DNA of 64,000 bases from contig RSEE01000011.1 of assembly GCA_003971905.1 (NCBI GenBank), positions 620,001 to 684,000 of the forward strand, given 5' to 3'. The number at the start of each line of letters is the position of its first letter. Position 1 is the first letter of the stretch. A program made the position numbers and the translations under genes. The stretch is from Moniliella sp. 'wahieum'. Lineage: Eukaryota. Below the pieces are notes generated by a model that ran no database searches, was not told where the DNA came from, and worked only from the letters and a program-made list of their open reading frames with translations. Positions 25,245 to 38,130 of the stretch are shown piece after piece.

Positions 25245-27801
25245 ATGGCGTCCCCGCCGCCGCCCCATCCCTACACCCCGCGCCCAAGGCCCAGCCACCG
25301 CCTTCTTCCCAGCCCCCAGCCCAGGCCCCCCAACCAAGCGCGGCCAGACATGAGCGAAGACGAGGCGAACAGCGCCATCATCTCCTACCTCCGCCGCAAG
25401 GGCTTTGACAAGGTCATTTCCGCCTTCTCCTCCGAGCTGAACCAGCGGGCAGGACGCGCGTCTGCACCTGTGCCGTCCCCTGCACCTGTTCCTGCGCCTG
25501 CCCCCGTGCCCGCCCCCACCCTCGCCAGCAACAACGCCCCGCGTGCTCCGGTCGCAGGCCGGCCCCCCTCCAGCATCCTCACCCCGGCCGAGAAGCGGGC
25601 GGCGGATGCTCTGGCGCGCGACCCAACCGATTCCGCCCGTGGGTTTTCTGAGCTGCTGCGGTGGGTGCAAGGTAGCCTGGACGTGTACCAGCCCGAGCTG
25701 CGACCGGTCTTGGTCCCTGTGTTTGCGCATGCCTACATCGACCTCGTCCGTCGCGCTCAATCCGATGCCGCGCGCTCCTTTTACGACCGGCATGCTGCGT
25801 CGCTGATCGCAACAGGAGGGCGGCTAGCGCATTGCTCCCTCCCCTCCGGGCAGCTACGCTGCCCCGCACTTGCTTCCGCCTGGCGCCACGCCCTCCTCCA
25901 CGCACCGCGTCCAGTGGCCAGATGGCGCTGCAGTTCCAAGCCGAACGTTATGTGCTCAAGTTGACCCGCAGCACGTTTTCGCTCCTCTTGTCCTGGCTGA
26001 CCGATGGCATGGGTCCGATTGCCGCGTCAATGCAGCCTGCCACCTGGACCTCGGACCCAGCCCAAGCTGAACTCGCCCCCGACGCACAGCAGCGTGCTCG
26101 TGCGCAAGTGCTGCGCACACTCAATGACCGTACGCGGATCGAGTTACTCGACCAGGAACCGTGGGAGGTAGCGCCGTCGCAGCTGCTCGAAGGAACGGGG
26201 CTGATGGGCTTCCCGTGCCGGCCGCGAGCTTGGGCAAGGCGCCACTTGCTTCGACCGAGCGCGACGTGGTGAAGGACGTGAATGCGCGACCGCGTTTGAA
26301 ATTGCATCCGCTGGTGCCTCTGCCCGACCGGCTCAAGGAAGAAGTCCAAAAAGAACTGTTGATCTCTGATTGGATGGCCAAGGAACAACAAGCTTCCCTC
26401 CCAACCGACGAGACCACCACAGAAGAAAAGAAAGAACCAGTGCCACCCCTCGACCCGAGCGAGGTATCCCTCAATACGGCCCCCGCTACGAGCCAGGGGC
26501 TGGAAGGCGCGAGTGTGGCAGACCTGCTGCCGCTGCCCACTGGGTACAGAGTAGCAGATGTGAACCGCGAAGTGGCCAAGGTGTTGGATGCACGGAAAGC
26601 ATTGCGGTTCACCCGTCCGCACAACCAGAGTTAGAGGAAGGTCCAAAGGGAAGTGTGGCGCTCCCGAGCGTGTGCGCCTACACTTACTTTGATGCGGACG
26701 ACGGTCTGACGTGCTCGACGTTTTCCTGCGACGCTACGCTTATGGCGGCGGGGTTTGAGGAGAGTTACGTGCAACTGTGGTCGCTCAAGGGGGAAGCGTT
26801 GCGCCCGTTGCAGTCCGACTTTGAGTTGAGCCAAGTACGAGACAGCAAGTCGCTGCGTGCTCACCGTGCGCCGGGACGGGCAACGCGCAAGTTGATTGGC
26901 CATTCTGGACCCGTGTACAGTGTGGACTTTGATCCTCTGTCGGGCTCGGCCAGTGCACCCCACTACCTCCTCTGGCTCGGCCGACGGTACAGCCCGATTG
27001 TGGAACCTTGACACGTACTCGGCCACAGTAGTGTACCGCGGGCACGAGTTACCCGTGTGGCAGGCCAAGTGGGGTCCGTTGGGCATGTACTTTGCTACTG
27101 CTTCGGCCGACAGGACAGCGCGGCTGTGGTCGACGGAACGGATCAACCCATTGCGCATCTACGCTGGTCATGGGAGCGATGTGGACTGTCTCGACTTTCA
27201 TCCCAACTCGTTGTACTTGGCAACAGGATCGTCAGACCGGACCTGTCGACTGTGGGATGTGCAGAGGGGCACGGGGGTGCGGCTATTTGTAGGCCACACA
27301 AGCGGCGTAGCCTGCGTTAAGATCTCGCCTGACGGCCGGTTCTTGGCCTCGGCTGGTTGGGGCGACGGGTTCTGGCGAGCGGCAGGTGGCGACGCCGTGG
27401 CCGGGGAAGACACGGCCATCTCAATTTGGGATTTGGGGTCGGGACGGAGGATCAAGACCATGTGGGGCCATACGGCAAGTGTACATGCGATGGACTTTAG
27501 TCGCGATGGCGCGGTCCTCGTTTCAGCCGCTGGGGATGGGACGGTACGGTGTTGGGATGTGTTGTCGGCTGGAGGGAAACGGAGCACAGCAGCAGAGGAA
27601 GGAGGACGTCCGGGAGCGCTGGCTGAAGCGCTTGGCGCGGCGAAAGTGCACCTGCCAAGGTGTGGGTCAAGAATTCGTCTGCCGACTGTGTTGCCACCTG
27701 GTTCACCAAGCAAACTGCCATGGTCGATGTGCGGTTTACTCCGAGGAACCTCTGTCTCGTGGCCGGGTACCATGACCGGCGCTGTGAACGCATCCTATTA
27801 A
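25245..27801 (+). CDS. TAF5: TFIID/SAGA subunit TAF5 (LisH, NTD2, WD40 repeats; frameshifted)
   Basis: LisH ANSAIISYLRRKGF, NTD2 LLRWVQGSLDVYQPELRPVLVPVFAHAYIDLV, LPSVCAYTY, MAAGFEESYVQLWSLKGEAL, RKLIGHSGPVY, YFATASADRTARLWS, FHPNSLYLATGSSDRTCRLWDVQRG and VRFTPRNLCLVAG. Confidence 0.95.
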
Positions 27802-27875
27802 TGACGTTGGACCGGTGGCGTTGGGCTCCATAGATATAGATCGGATATAGCTAGTCATACATCACGCTTCGCCTG

Positions 27876-28579
27876 TCACATCCCACCGAGCGCAGCGGCA
27901 AGCTGTGCCAGCTCATCCTCTTCCTTGGGCGTAGTCGAGCTGGGGGAGGCCCGGAGCGGCTGCGATGCCGGCCCAGATGCAGGTGCAGGTGCAGGTGCAG
28001 GTGCAGGCGAGGAGAGAAGGGCAAACAAACTATCGTCAGACGGCTGGTCTTGGGTCGTGGGAGTTGCTTGGATCGCTCAGTTGGCTTGGATCACTCAGCT
28101 GATTGAGGTCACTTGTCTCGGACTCTGTTGGAGGCGGAAGGGTCGGCTGGACGGGCAGAGCCGGCTGGGGGAGGCGAAGTGAGTTTGGATTGAGGCACCA
28201 GTACAGATTCGGGCTGCCAACCTGGGGCAGCATGGAGGAGGAACGTGCGGCGACGCAGAGCCTTCTGTTCGGCGTGCTGGGCCACCGTTTGTTGAGCGCG
28301 TTTGAGAAGTTCATGAATCTGGGCATTCCGCGCACGTGGCCCCACTTCCGGTGGAGTAGCGCAGCGGTAAGAGGGGCGGGGCGGGCGGCGGGCGTGGGGT
28401 TGGGGAGGGGCGGGCAAGGACAAAGGACTCGAGTGAAAAGTCGTAGACAAAGTACTCGGAGACGGACGCAGGCAGCGCATGTAGTTCTGCTGCTGGAAGA
28501 GCGGGGTAGGAGGCGCACGCAACGCAGGCGACTGGACGAGAGGGACAGCCGAGGCAAGCGAGTAGAGACTCTCGGCCAT
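27876..28579 (-). CDS. Hypothetical Pro-rich protein
   Basis: Open frames run from MAESLYSLASAVP to ...EEDELAQLAAALGGM*, joined by a frameshift. No family recognised. Confidence 0.5.
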
Positions 28580-28708
28580 CGCTGCGGTGGAGGTGGAGGT
28601 GGTGGAACAGCGATTAGATCAGTTGATCCGTCTGCTTTCGTTGAAAGGAGGAAGACGTGGGGGAGATCTTATCTGGCAGTGTAGTAGAAACCGTGTACCA
28701 GTACATAC

Positions 28709-28791
28709 GCCTCGCTATTTCAATCGGTAGAATTTGAGACTCTTATTTGAGGTCCATCTCACGGTTGTGGGTTCGAGTCCCACGTGGGGCG
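28709..28791 (+). tRNA. tRNA-Lys(CTT) with a 10-nt intron (28746-28755)
   Basis: GCCTCGC TA TTTC AATCGGTA GAAT T TGAGA CT CTT A [TTTGAGGTCC] A TCTCA CGGTT GTGGG TTCGAGT CCCAC GTGGGGC G, with a T-run downstream. Confidence 0.92.
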
Positions 28792-28946
28792 CATTCCTTT
28801 TGCCCCACCCCACCCATCTCCATCCCCCCGTCTCACCATTCCCCTTCGCACCCTACGGTCCTACTCTGCTCGTCCTGTACTTTTCCTTCGCCATTGGTAT
28901 TTTGTTTTGCCTTGCACGGGTAGTCGAGACGCCAAGCTACGCCAAG

Positions 28947-31900
28947 CTACGCCACGGCGATCTCCAACCGATTGCGGCTCACCGCCACCACGCGCGTATG
29001 CAGCCCCCCATCATCCACCACCGCTCTCTTCTCCGGCACAGCCGGGGGTCCAGCAGAGGCAGTCAGGTCACTGGCACCGTCGGCTTGCGACCCCTCCTCC
29101 TCTGCCGCAACAGGCGCCACTTCCTCTACCGCCGCCACAAAGGCATAGCTGCCCCGGGCAAGGAAAGCAAGCGACTGGCTTACCTCGGTACTTGCTCCAG
29201 CAGGCAAGGGCCACGGCAGACCCGCGCGCAGTGAGCGATCCGGCGGCGGGGAGCAGGTGACGCAAGACCGGGTCGGTGGGGTGAGTGGACGTGTCAATTT
29301 GGGGCGCACCAGGGGGAAGAGGGGCACCGTTAGGGTCCAACGCGGCTGCTGGCAGGGGGGTAAGGCGATAAAGCAGCTTGACCGGGCGCGGGATGCATTG
29401 GTGATGCGGGCGGTGATGGGGGTGAACTCCCCCCGCTTTGGCGTAGGGGAGGAAAGGACGATGCTCAATGGCAACGCGCGAAGTAGATCGATTTGTGCGT
29501 CGCTCCAGTCCTGCACTTCCCGCAGCAAAAGCGTTCCTTCGTGGGGGCCATGGGCAAAACTTTCCCCACCCCCCTGGGCCGGTGGCAAGTGCCAGAAACA
29601 CCGTAACCCCGCATAGAGCAAATGGGTGTACCAGAACTTACGCCGCATCAACCGGTCTTCCGTTGGTGTCATCCCTCCCCGGGTCACAGTGAATTGTCGC
29701 TCAGACAGAGAGGGATCGGAGCCTGTTCCACCTCCGGTAGCAGGGCCAGACGCGGGAAGGGTAACACGAGACGACACCGCTGCCCCGGGGGCACAAGGCG
29801 CTGGAACGTGACCCCCTCCGTGGTGGTGGATGCACCTCCACCGTACCGTCTTCGGTAACTGTAGCAGAAGCAGGGGCATACGCCAAGCCCACCGTCAAGT
29901 CTCGAACGGGATGCACGTTCTTTACATCCAAGCTGATCAGTGCCATGTCGTCCCCATCGGCCTCGTCTGCCGTCTGCACTAGCGCTGCTCCCATTGCCTC
30001 GTTCTCCTCCGCATCAAAGGGATTAAGAGATCCGTTGGCAGCCATAAGCCCGGTCAGATCATTCACCATCAATGGTCGCAGCGCCCAGGCGAGCGGCTGG
30101 ATCACCCGAACCACCTCGACGGGGAACGACAGGCGCAGCTGGCGCGTATAAAAGGTATCGCCATCCGCAGGGAGGTAGCCATATTCAATCGAGATGGTAG
30201 CCGCCATCACGCCTGCGCGACCAAACACGTTCACCACGACACTGCGTGCCTCATTGGACGGGATGGTGATGGCAGTGTCACTACCCTCGCGCTGAAGAAC
30301 AGGACGAGCAATGAGGCGGTATTCCAGCGCATGCGTGGCAGCCGGGGTCAAACCACCTTCGAGCGTGCTACGCGCCAAGGATGACAAGTTGTCTTCCAAT
30401 CCCAGGGAGATGTAGTTGACCTCAAGCCGGGGTGCGTGCGGAGGTACAACATTGCGTAAGTGCAGACGTACAGCACGGGTTTCACCCTCATACAAGACCA
30501 GCCTTCCGTCAGGAAGAGACATGCTCTCCAGCTCCAGCAGCGGCTGGGGCAGCACGACACGCACGCTCATGTGCGTGTCGAACCCCTCCGATGGCCGCGG
30601 GGGCACGCGGGTGAAGCGTGAGGCCAAGCCAGTAAACTTGGTCCGCAAGCGACGATCATGAAGGTCGGCTTCGGCGTTGGTCCAGGCCAGTTCGGTAGTC
30701 GCGTCGAGTGGAGTTAGTCGTACCTCCTCAGGTCCACAGCCTTGCAGGGTGACCCGTACCCCGACCAGGTAAAGGGTACCAGTCTCCCTGGGAATGCCAG
30801 TCAGACGAAGACGCAAAAACGATTTGGCGGGCACGGTAGCTGTGTGGGTGTTGGGTCAAAGCGGACACCGGTGACGAGCAAACGCAGGTCTGACAACGGC
30901 AGCGGAACATCCAATGGGTTGTACAGAACCACTGATGTGGTCACCTGATCGTCGCTTACGACCAGCATGGAGCTGGGCTTCTTACTTGCCCGTGCATCGA
31001 GTGCCCGAGAGCGTTCAGTCACCTTCTTGGTCTCGCTCGGAGTCAGCAGGTCCATGCGACATACGAGCTGGCGCGGGCCCCAGTATTGCACTACAGTCTT
31101 GCCGTTTCGCTTACCGGTTTCGTTGTCATCCGCCGAAACAAACACATCCCGCTCGTTCTGCACCAACTGGTCCAGCCCGGCAACGAGCTGCGCTTGTTCG
31201 AGCTTAGGCAAAAGGGGGGCAAAGTCGCGCAATAAGACCGAGGCAAAGACAGCCATCGCAATGGGGTCGCCTACCGTTTCGGCAATGGCAAGTGCATCTT
31301 TCACAACCAACGCCTGGACCTCGTCCCAGCCAAAGGCTTCGGCGTGCATTTCCAACAATGCATCGTTCAAACCTTCCGCTTCGCCGTCGAGGGGACGATA
31401 TCGCTCGCGGGCCCAAAGCTGGCGTGCCGCCTCGGGCCGTAAGGTACCCAGGGAAGTCAGACGGCGCACATCGCGAGTACGCGCCAACGCATGGTCGTCA
31501 GGCACGTGAACCAACATCTCATCCAGCTGGATCCCATATGTATCGCATATCTGGGCGGCCAGAACAAGAAGGGCATCGTAGTCCGCCTTGCCCCGGCGCG
31601 GTGAGTAGATCACATGCAAGCCAGGCGCCACCTCACCTAGACGAATGCGCAAGATATCCACCCCCGCATGAGCGGCAGCGTGAAGCCAATCCATCACGCT
31701 GGCCAGAAGACGGCGCAAGAGGTACGTTTCTCTTCGCACGAAACCAATCCAGCCAAACAGGCTCGCCATTGAGGAAAGCACATCAACTTGGTCCCTTGCC
31801 TTGAGCGCTGGTACAGAAAGCGTCAGCGCTTGGCTCGCAGCCGCCGCTACCTCGCCCTCGCCGCCGCACACCAGCATCGAGGGACCATTGAATGAGGCTG

Positions 31901-33871
31901 GCCTCATCTGGAGCTGGGCCGTCGCCTCGAAGGAGAAGAGGGGTACCTCCATAGAGAAGCTGGTCAAAGCACTCGCCGTTCCATCCACGGCAGCTCCAGA
32001 TTGCCAAAAGGAACCGTGAGTACTGGACACAAGCAGTGGCATGGATGAGTGGGTGGGTAAAGTCGATGGGAGAATTAGAAGAAACAGCTTTGGCTGGCGC
32101 TAGAAGTACAGACAGCGGAGAAAGGCATTTGGCATAGATGCTGATGGCCACCGTGTAGGCCTTGGCAATGCTTTCCCATGGCAAACCTTCATATGGCAAG
32201 TCGGCCGTACCATCCTTCTCCTTTTCGCGCTTGGCTTGCTCTTTGTCCTTGTCCTTGCCGACAGCGACGGTAAGCGGGGTAGCCTGGAAGTTAAGGTGAG
32301 CAAGACGCATTCAAGACAGGAAGAAAATATAGGCTACTTACCCTTTCTTCCACACCCTTGCCCAAGCGGGCCATCAGGGTGCGTGTCACAGCCCAGCCTT
32401 CGAGGGCTGAAGCAAACCAGACTGCATCGCGGCCGCCAGCTAAGGCACGTTCTTTCCCCATCCACTTCATAGCCAAGTCGTAGTGCGCCATGGCGTCCAC
32501 AAGTCGCCTGAGAGGAGATACACGTCGGCCATGACCTTGGTATGACGTCCTTCTCCCTGCGGACCAGAACTGCCGGTAGTGGTTTTACGCCAGGCCGAGC
32601 TGATGCGCTTGGGCGCAATGCTCGGGGGACGGGAAAGGTTAGTCGAGGAGCTGGAGAGAGAGATGGACCGGGCAAACTGAAGCGACTCCGGCTGTTGGCC
32701 ACCACCCATGGCCTTAATGGGGGTGCCGGACGATGGCTCAGGTTTTCCGGAAAAAGAGAAAAGGGACGAAGCGCGGTCCCACGTCCCACTGCCACCCGAA
32801 TTGCGTGAATCAGGCGCAACGCCAAACACAGATTCCCCCACTTCTTCGGGCGTCTGGGGCGGTGAGGCAGTTGGGTGCTGGGAAGTAGTAGCAGCGACGA
32901 CAGCCCACCATCGAGCGTGTCGCGTGGCGTTTCGAGCGGGACACCCTTGAGTGTGCCCACCATCTCCTCGAGCTGATCTAGCAGGGCCGAGATGACATCG
33001 GCCAATGCAGTCTTGACGTGGTGACGAACGTCCTTACCGTCGGCACGGTGGGCAGGGATGACAAGAAGTTCGTCCTGATCACGCTTGTCGTTGTCGCCAT
33101 CTTCTCCGCCGCCTTCGCTCGCCATCCCGCTCTCGGCCATGCCAGCACCCAAGAGCTGGGCATGGAGAGCCTGCAGTTTAGCTCGCTCGGCAGAGGAATT
33201 GGGGTCATAATCGCCCTTGGTGGTCTTCGTCTGGCTGCGCCAGGCACCGGTGGTAGTGGAGGCTTTCCATGGATTCTCGATGTCGCTGTTATCGTCATCA
33301 TCACCGCCATGGCCATTGGCCTCGCCCTCCCCCGATCCATCCGCGCCCTCGACGGCACCCAAGTCGCCTGCGGGGTCGGAGGGCACAGCGACGGGCTGGG
33401 CGGCATCGAAGGCGAGGACACGATGCATCAGAGCTCCGGGATGGGCACGCTTGAGCTCTTCGACGGCGCCCGCGAGCGATCCAGCGGAGTTGTCCTCGAC
33501 GGCGGCGGTGTGTTGGTCGTCGGCCAGGGGCGCCGGTGTAGCGGTGGCGAGGCCCACGACGGCGAGCACAGTGCGGGAGAGGGCAAAGGGGGCGAGGAAG
33601 GCATGGGCGGGGTCGTAGGAGGTGACAAAGCTGATGTGCACCTCGCCCTTGCGCGCCAGCGCACTGCCAGGGGCGACGCTGGCGCGTGGCGCGCACTCCG
33701 TGGCAGGTCCGCCAGGCGCAGCGTGCCGAAGCGACGCACGAGCGAGGCCCAGTGCTCAAACTGCCGGTCCGCAGCCCCGCCGCGCCCCACCGGTGTCAGC
33801 AGCACCCGCAGCTTGGCCGGCGCCGCAAACGACACATCCCCCGTCAGATCGCTGAGCGGCGGCGCGTCCAT
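28947..33871 (-). CDS. TRS120: TRAPP II complex subunit Trs120/TRAPPC9 (frameshifted)
   Basis: VSFAAPAKLRVLLTPVG, GEVHISFVTSYDPAHAFLAPF, GRHTKVMADVYLLSGDL, DAVWFASALEG, DFTHPLIHATACVQYSRFLLAIWSCRGWNG, GWIGFVRRETY, VVLYNPLDVPL and LVLYEGET. Size fits the family. Confidence 0.9.
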
Positions 33872-34394
33872 CGTCCAGTCAGTCCCGTCCGCGGCGATGG
33901 GTTGGCGTGCGCGTTGGTGAGGCTGGCCAGGGCCTGGGTACCAACGTGGAGCATCCAGCCCACCCGCCCCGCATTCTTATGTAATCACCCTCACCCCTAC
34001 TCGGCGTGCTTTAATACCCACTTCTTCCTCGCGCAATTGCACCACGACGGAACAACAATGCGTCATGTTTGTCGAAAAGACCGTGCCCTATAGACCAACA
34101 AGGGCATATACTCTACACCCACCGTCAAAGAAAGTCCGTGTCGTACCTCTGATACAAGCAATCCAAAGTTGATGGTGGCGAAAAGCAGAACATCTTATTT
34201 GGGGGGGGGGGGATTTTTCAACAGGCGCTTTTTATACCATGTCGATGGTGATGAAAAAGAAACGATGGGGTGAGAAGCATGTTGACTATCCAAAGGAGAC
34301 ATACGAGAGTAGTCGCAGGCAATGAGTGAACGTGTATAGAGGGAGAGACAAGAGAGTGAAAAAGGTGAGAGAATTGTGAGCCTGAGCAAAACGA

Positions 34395-36155
34395 TCACAA
34401 CTTGGCGGCCGTCGGAGTCGAGTTATTGCCAGTAAGAATGTCCTGACTCAAAGCGAGGAGCAAGTGTTTCGTCTCATCCATCCACTCCTGCGCGTGGCGC
34501 TGTTCATACCATTGGAAATGGTAAGTTGAAGCTCAAGTTGACCGCGAATGGTCCAGACGTGTAAGAGAGAGTGACCCGATGTCATGCGGATGTTAACACC
34601 CAGGTCAGTGGTCGACATCCGCACCGCACCATCTTCCAACACAGTGGGGAGGGGTGCAGCTTTGCCCTTATCCAGTGGCCCAGGGAGGAGACATAGATTG
34701 CGCCCGACCCATAGGCTGGCAGTCGGGCCGGGTTGAAGGGGACCACGTGTCTTCGTACATTTTCTGTGCCAGCTTCAACCCCCAAAGCGGAACGGGGCGA
34801 TGGGGGGCCAAGTCGGCCCATTGGCGCTTGTACACGTCGCGGGCCAATTGCAGCACATCGGTCCCATGGTTGGGAGCATGGAGAATCTGGACCGAGTTAC
34901 CAAAGAAGGGCACGGCAGCTTCGGGGTCGGTGAGACGGTGCTCGGACAGCCAGCGGCGTCGATTGATGACATTCAGGAATACGTGGCGCCGCTCTTCCTC
35001 CGAGGGTGGGGAGAACTTCTTGAGAGTATGCATCGCGCATGCAATGATGAACGGTGTGACGCTCAGCCCCGCTTTCTTGGCGGCCTGGATTATATTCTTG
35101 GTTTCAGGCTGGGCTAGACGGATATTGGCTTTCTTGCTCGAACCGCTCGATACGGCGGCCCAATTGGGACCGTGGCGTAGGGGAGGTTGAAATGGGGCTC
35201 ATCCACCTTAGCCATGTGAGCCGTGATATCGGCGTTGGCATCAGCCACCTGATCCGAGGTGAAGGCGCCCATATCGTCGTGCACTGCTTGCTCCGTAGGG
35301 ATGGGGAGACGCCGCACTTCCTGCCCCCATTGGCGGCTTGGCAGCTTGTTCTGAAGCGCATCCGAAAGTGCATGCTGGAACGCTCTAAACACGGTGCATA
35401 TACCCTGGATATCGTAGGCAGCGTGGCGGCAGTGCATCCCAACTGAGAAACCACCGTCCTCTTTGGGAGCATAGTGAAATGCGCCGAGTACTTGTGACTG
35501 TACCGCTCACTCAGCTCCACATCAAGCACCTCTGAACCGCTTCGGTCCCACCGCTGGGGAGGTAGACAAAGGTATCCTTCAGCCATTCCGTTTGGTTCGA
35601 TGGTGCGCTGTAATCTGGGTAGAACCAAATACCATTCTCATAATTGCCCTGTAGGCAAATGTGTCAGTTACTGTATGATTCGGATTTGGTGTGGCAAGGG
35701 CGAAAAGGTTATGGAAGGAAAGTAGGAAGGACATACATGTTTCTCTACGCCTGATGGGATGACGGAAAAGAGTGTCCGTCCAAGCCGCTTGCCAGCGTTT
35801 TGGGCGAAACAGACTGATTGACGGTAATGTCGAAGCGGATGCCGAAGTCTAGACAGCCATCCTCCACTTCACTTTGCATGAACTGGGTCGTTTCCGGGCG
35901 TGGAGACGGGAGCGCAACCAACCTCCCACGGTAGGATCGGCAACCCAAATGGGATGAGGGTCGGAGCTATTGACAGGGCTCGCTTCATCACCAGAGGCGT
36001 GGGCGGGGGCTGGACCGAACCAATTCTCCGTGGGGCGACAGGACGACAACCGGCACTGGAAGTGGACACCATCCGCACCAACGACTGCGCCAGCGGGCAA
36101 CAGGCATGGTAGGAAGCGTACGGAGTCCCATACGAGTACCACGCTGGAGAGCCAT
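34395..36155 (-). CDS. CoA-dependent HxxxD acyltransferase (Tri3/alcohol-acetyltransferase-like) with PTS1 (-AKL); intron ~35648-35736; start uncertain
   Basis: Stitched frames give WQAAWTDTLFRHP, GFSVGMHCRHAAYDIQGICTVFRAF (HxxxD), WGQEVRRLP, GAIYVSSLG and LLHVWTIRGQLELQL. C-terminus ...LSQDILTGNNSTPTAAKL*. Confidence 0.7.
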
Positions 36156-37074
36156 GGTTGGAAGACGGATAAGAGGTAAGGGAAAGGATACAAGCTGGGG
36201 GAGGAGGGAGACAAAGGCAAATATATATGTGTGTAGTGCTGCATACAGGACGCGCACCGACATCATTTTCCCTGTCCACACAGGGTGGGTGATGATCGAT
36301 GACGCGTGACGAGATGATGACTCCCACGCGGCGAGTAGAATTCGGTTTGGTGACCTGTTCAGCAATCCGATGTGCAGGGGCGGAGCGCGCGGGGGTTTGG
36401 GTGAGTGTGGCGGACACTGGGGGCATTGAAGGCCAAGCAGAGTCGGTGAGCAGATGGATCCAAGGCCACATCAGGTGGTCATATCGATTGCTCACCGCTT
36501 CTGCCTTCTCCCCCGATGAAGAGGTATCAATGGATCGAGGGTGGATGCAGGCATTACCTAATCCACACCCCGACCCGGCCGATAAATCAAACCGTATAAG
36601 CCGCTGCCTTCAATTTCTATCTTGCTTAGGGCCGCCCAAAACGCCACAAACTGCCCTGCTGCCACCTTCCTCCATCCTCCTTCCTCCGCCTCCAGGGCGT
36701 AAGCACCTCTTTGAAGCTCGCATGTCAACCACTCGCTATTGCTAGAATGCCGCTGTTGGCGGTACCATAAACGCTGCTGATGCGCTGTGGTGCAGACTTC
36801 TGATTAGCTGTTCGATATACTCACCTCAACACCCTCAGTGACCTGCCACAATCTGCCACTCCTATCCGATAGACACATCTAATACCGGGGCTCGCAATCT
36901 CTCCACTTGAGCGCTGAGCGATGGTCGAGATGACCAAATCGATCATAGCCCTCTGAGGCTCAACCGCTCAGAGCAACTCATCCAACAGACCCACACCATC
37001 TATATGCACGGACCTTCCTATGTGGAGTTGCTTTAGTACTCTGCAACAGCTTCAAGACATTGATTAGTATCGGA

Positions 37075-38130
37075 CGAAGACAAGAGTCAAGCAAGTCGGA
37101 ACAGACAACGGGGTGGCGCAGCCCGCGCAAGGGGCGAATCACCCGAACCAGAGAGCCTCACCGATCCATTGGAGAAAGTGCAGGTGAACCCTAGCACTAC
37201 CCTCTAGCACACATAAATCAATCAGGGGTTATATAAAACTCGTGGCCCTCGTATATACGTTTTGAAAATAAGACTCGACGAAGCACACTCACGCGCTCAC
37301 ACCATATCAACTCGGCTGCGTAGAGGGTGCGCAGATGGTTAAGTACAAGGTTCAGCGCATACGATGTTCGGCAGGATGGGCACAATGTGGATACGAAGCA
37401 TCGGGGTTTGGGGATCCGTTGCGGCCAAGTCCGGCTGCGACGGATGGCCGTAGCCACCTTTGGAAACATTTTCTCTCCGTCGGCTCTCTCTTACCAGAGA
37501 GTATAGTACACCAAAGTGGCCCAATTGGCATCTGTTTCGATCGATGAGAAGGCTCTGTGAAACGCGGGGCTCTATATCCGCAAAAAGGGCGGAAAACCCT
37601 TCTAGATGTGTGGTGGTGTGGTTCTTCGGCCTACTCTCTATTCATTTACAGGTTGAGGGATAGCTGATTAATGAAGTAATCATAGTATGTACCACAGAGA
37701 TGCGGAAACTCTCCTAGAATCCACGATGAGTTGAAACGCGCTGTGTGTGCGCGCCAACCGCTAATATAATCAGGCAGGTCGCAGGATACCCGATGCATTT
37801 TTGGAATCCCCCCATACCTGCAAACCCACCTCTCTGATCCTCTCTGTTATACCGCCTCATCAACTTCGATGCTCGACCGCCTTCCCTTTGAATCCTTCTG
37901 GAAATCGCAGCCAGCGGCCACATCGCCCCTCGTGACCTCATCCACCTGTCGTGGACTTGCCATGGTGTGAACAACTCCCTCCTGCATCCCCAAGCACCGC
38001 CCTACTCTCATGCTATTGGAGACGGCATGTATAAATCCACTCAGTGTCGGATCCGCTAACTCTCCGTGCTCTTCCCAGGCCTCCATGCGACTTTGCAGGA
38101 CGAAAATCTGTGGCATCATGCCGCGGTTCC
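37075..38130. repeat. Near-identical inverted repeat arm 2 (upstream region and 5' part of F-box copy C)
   Basis: Reverse complement of ~19028-20088. Confidence 0.9.
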
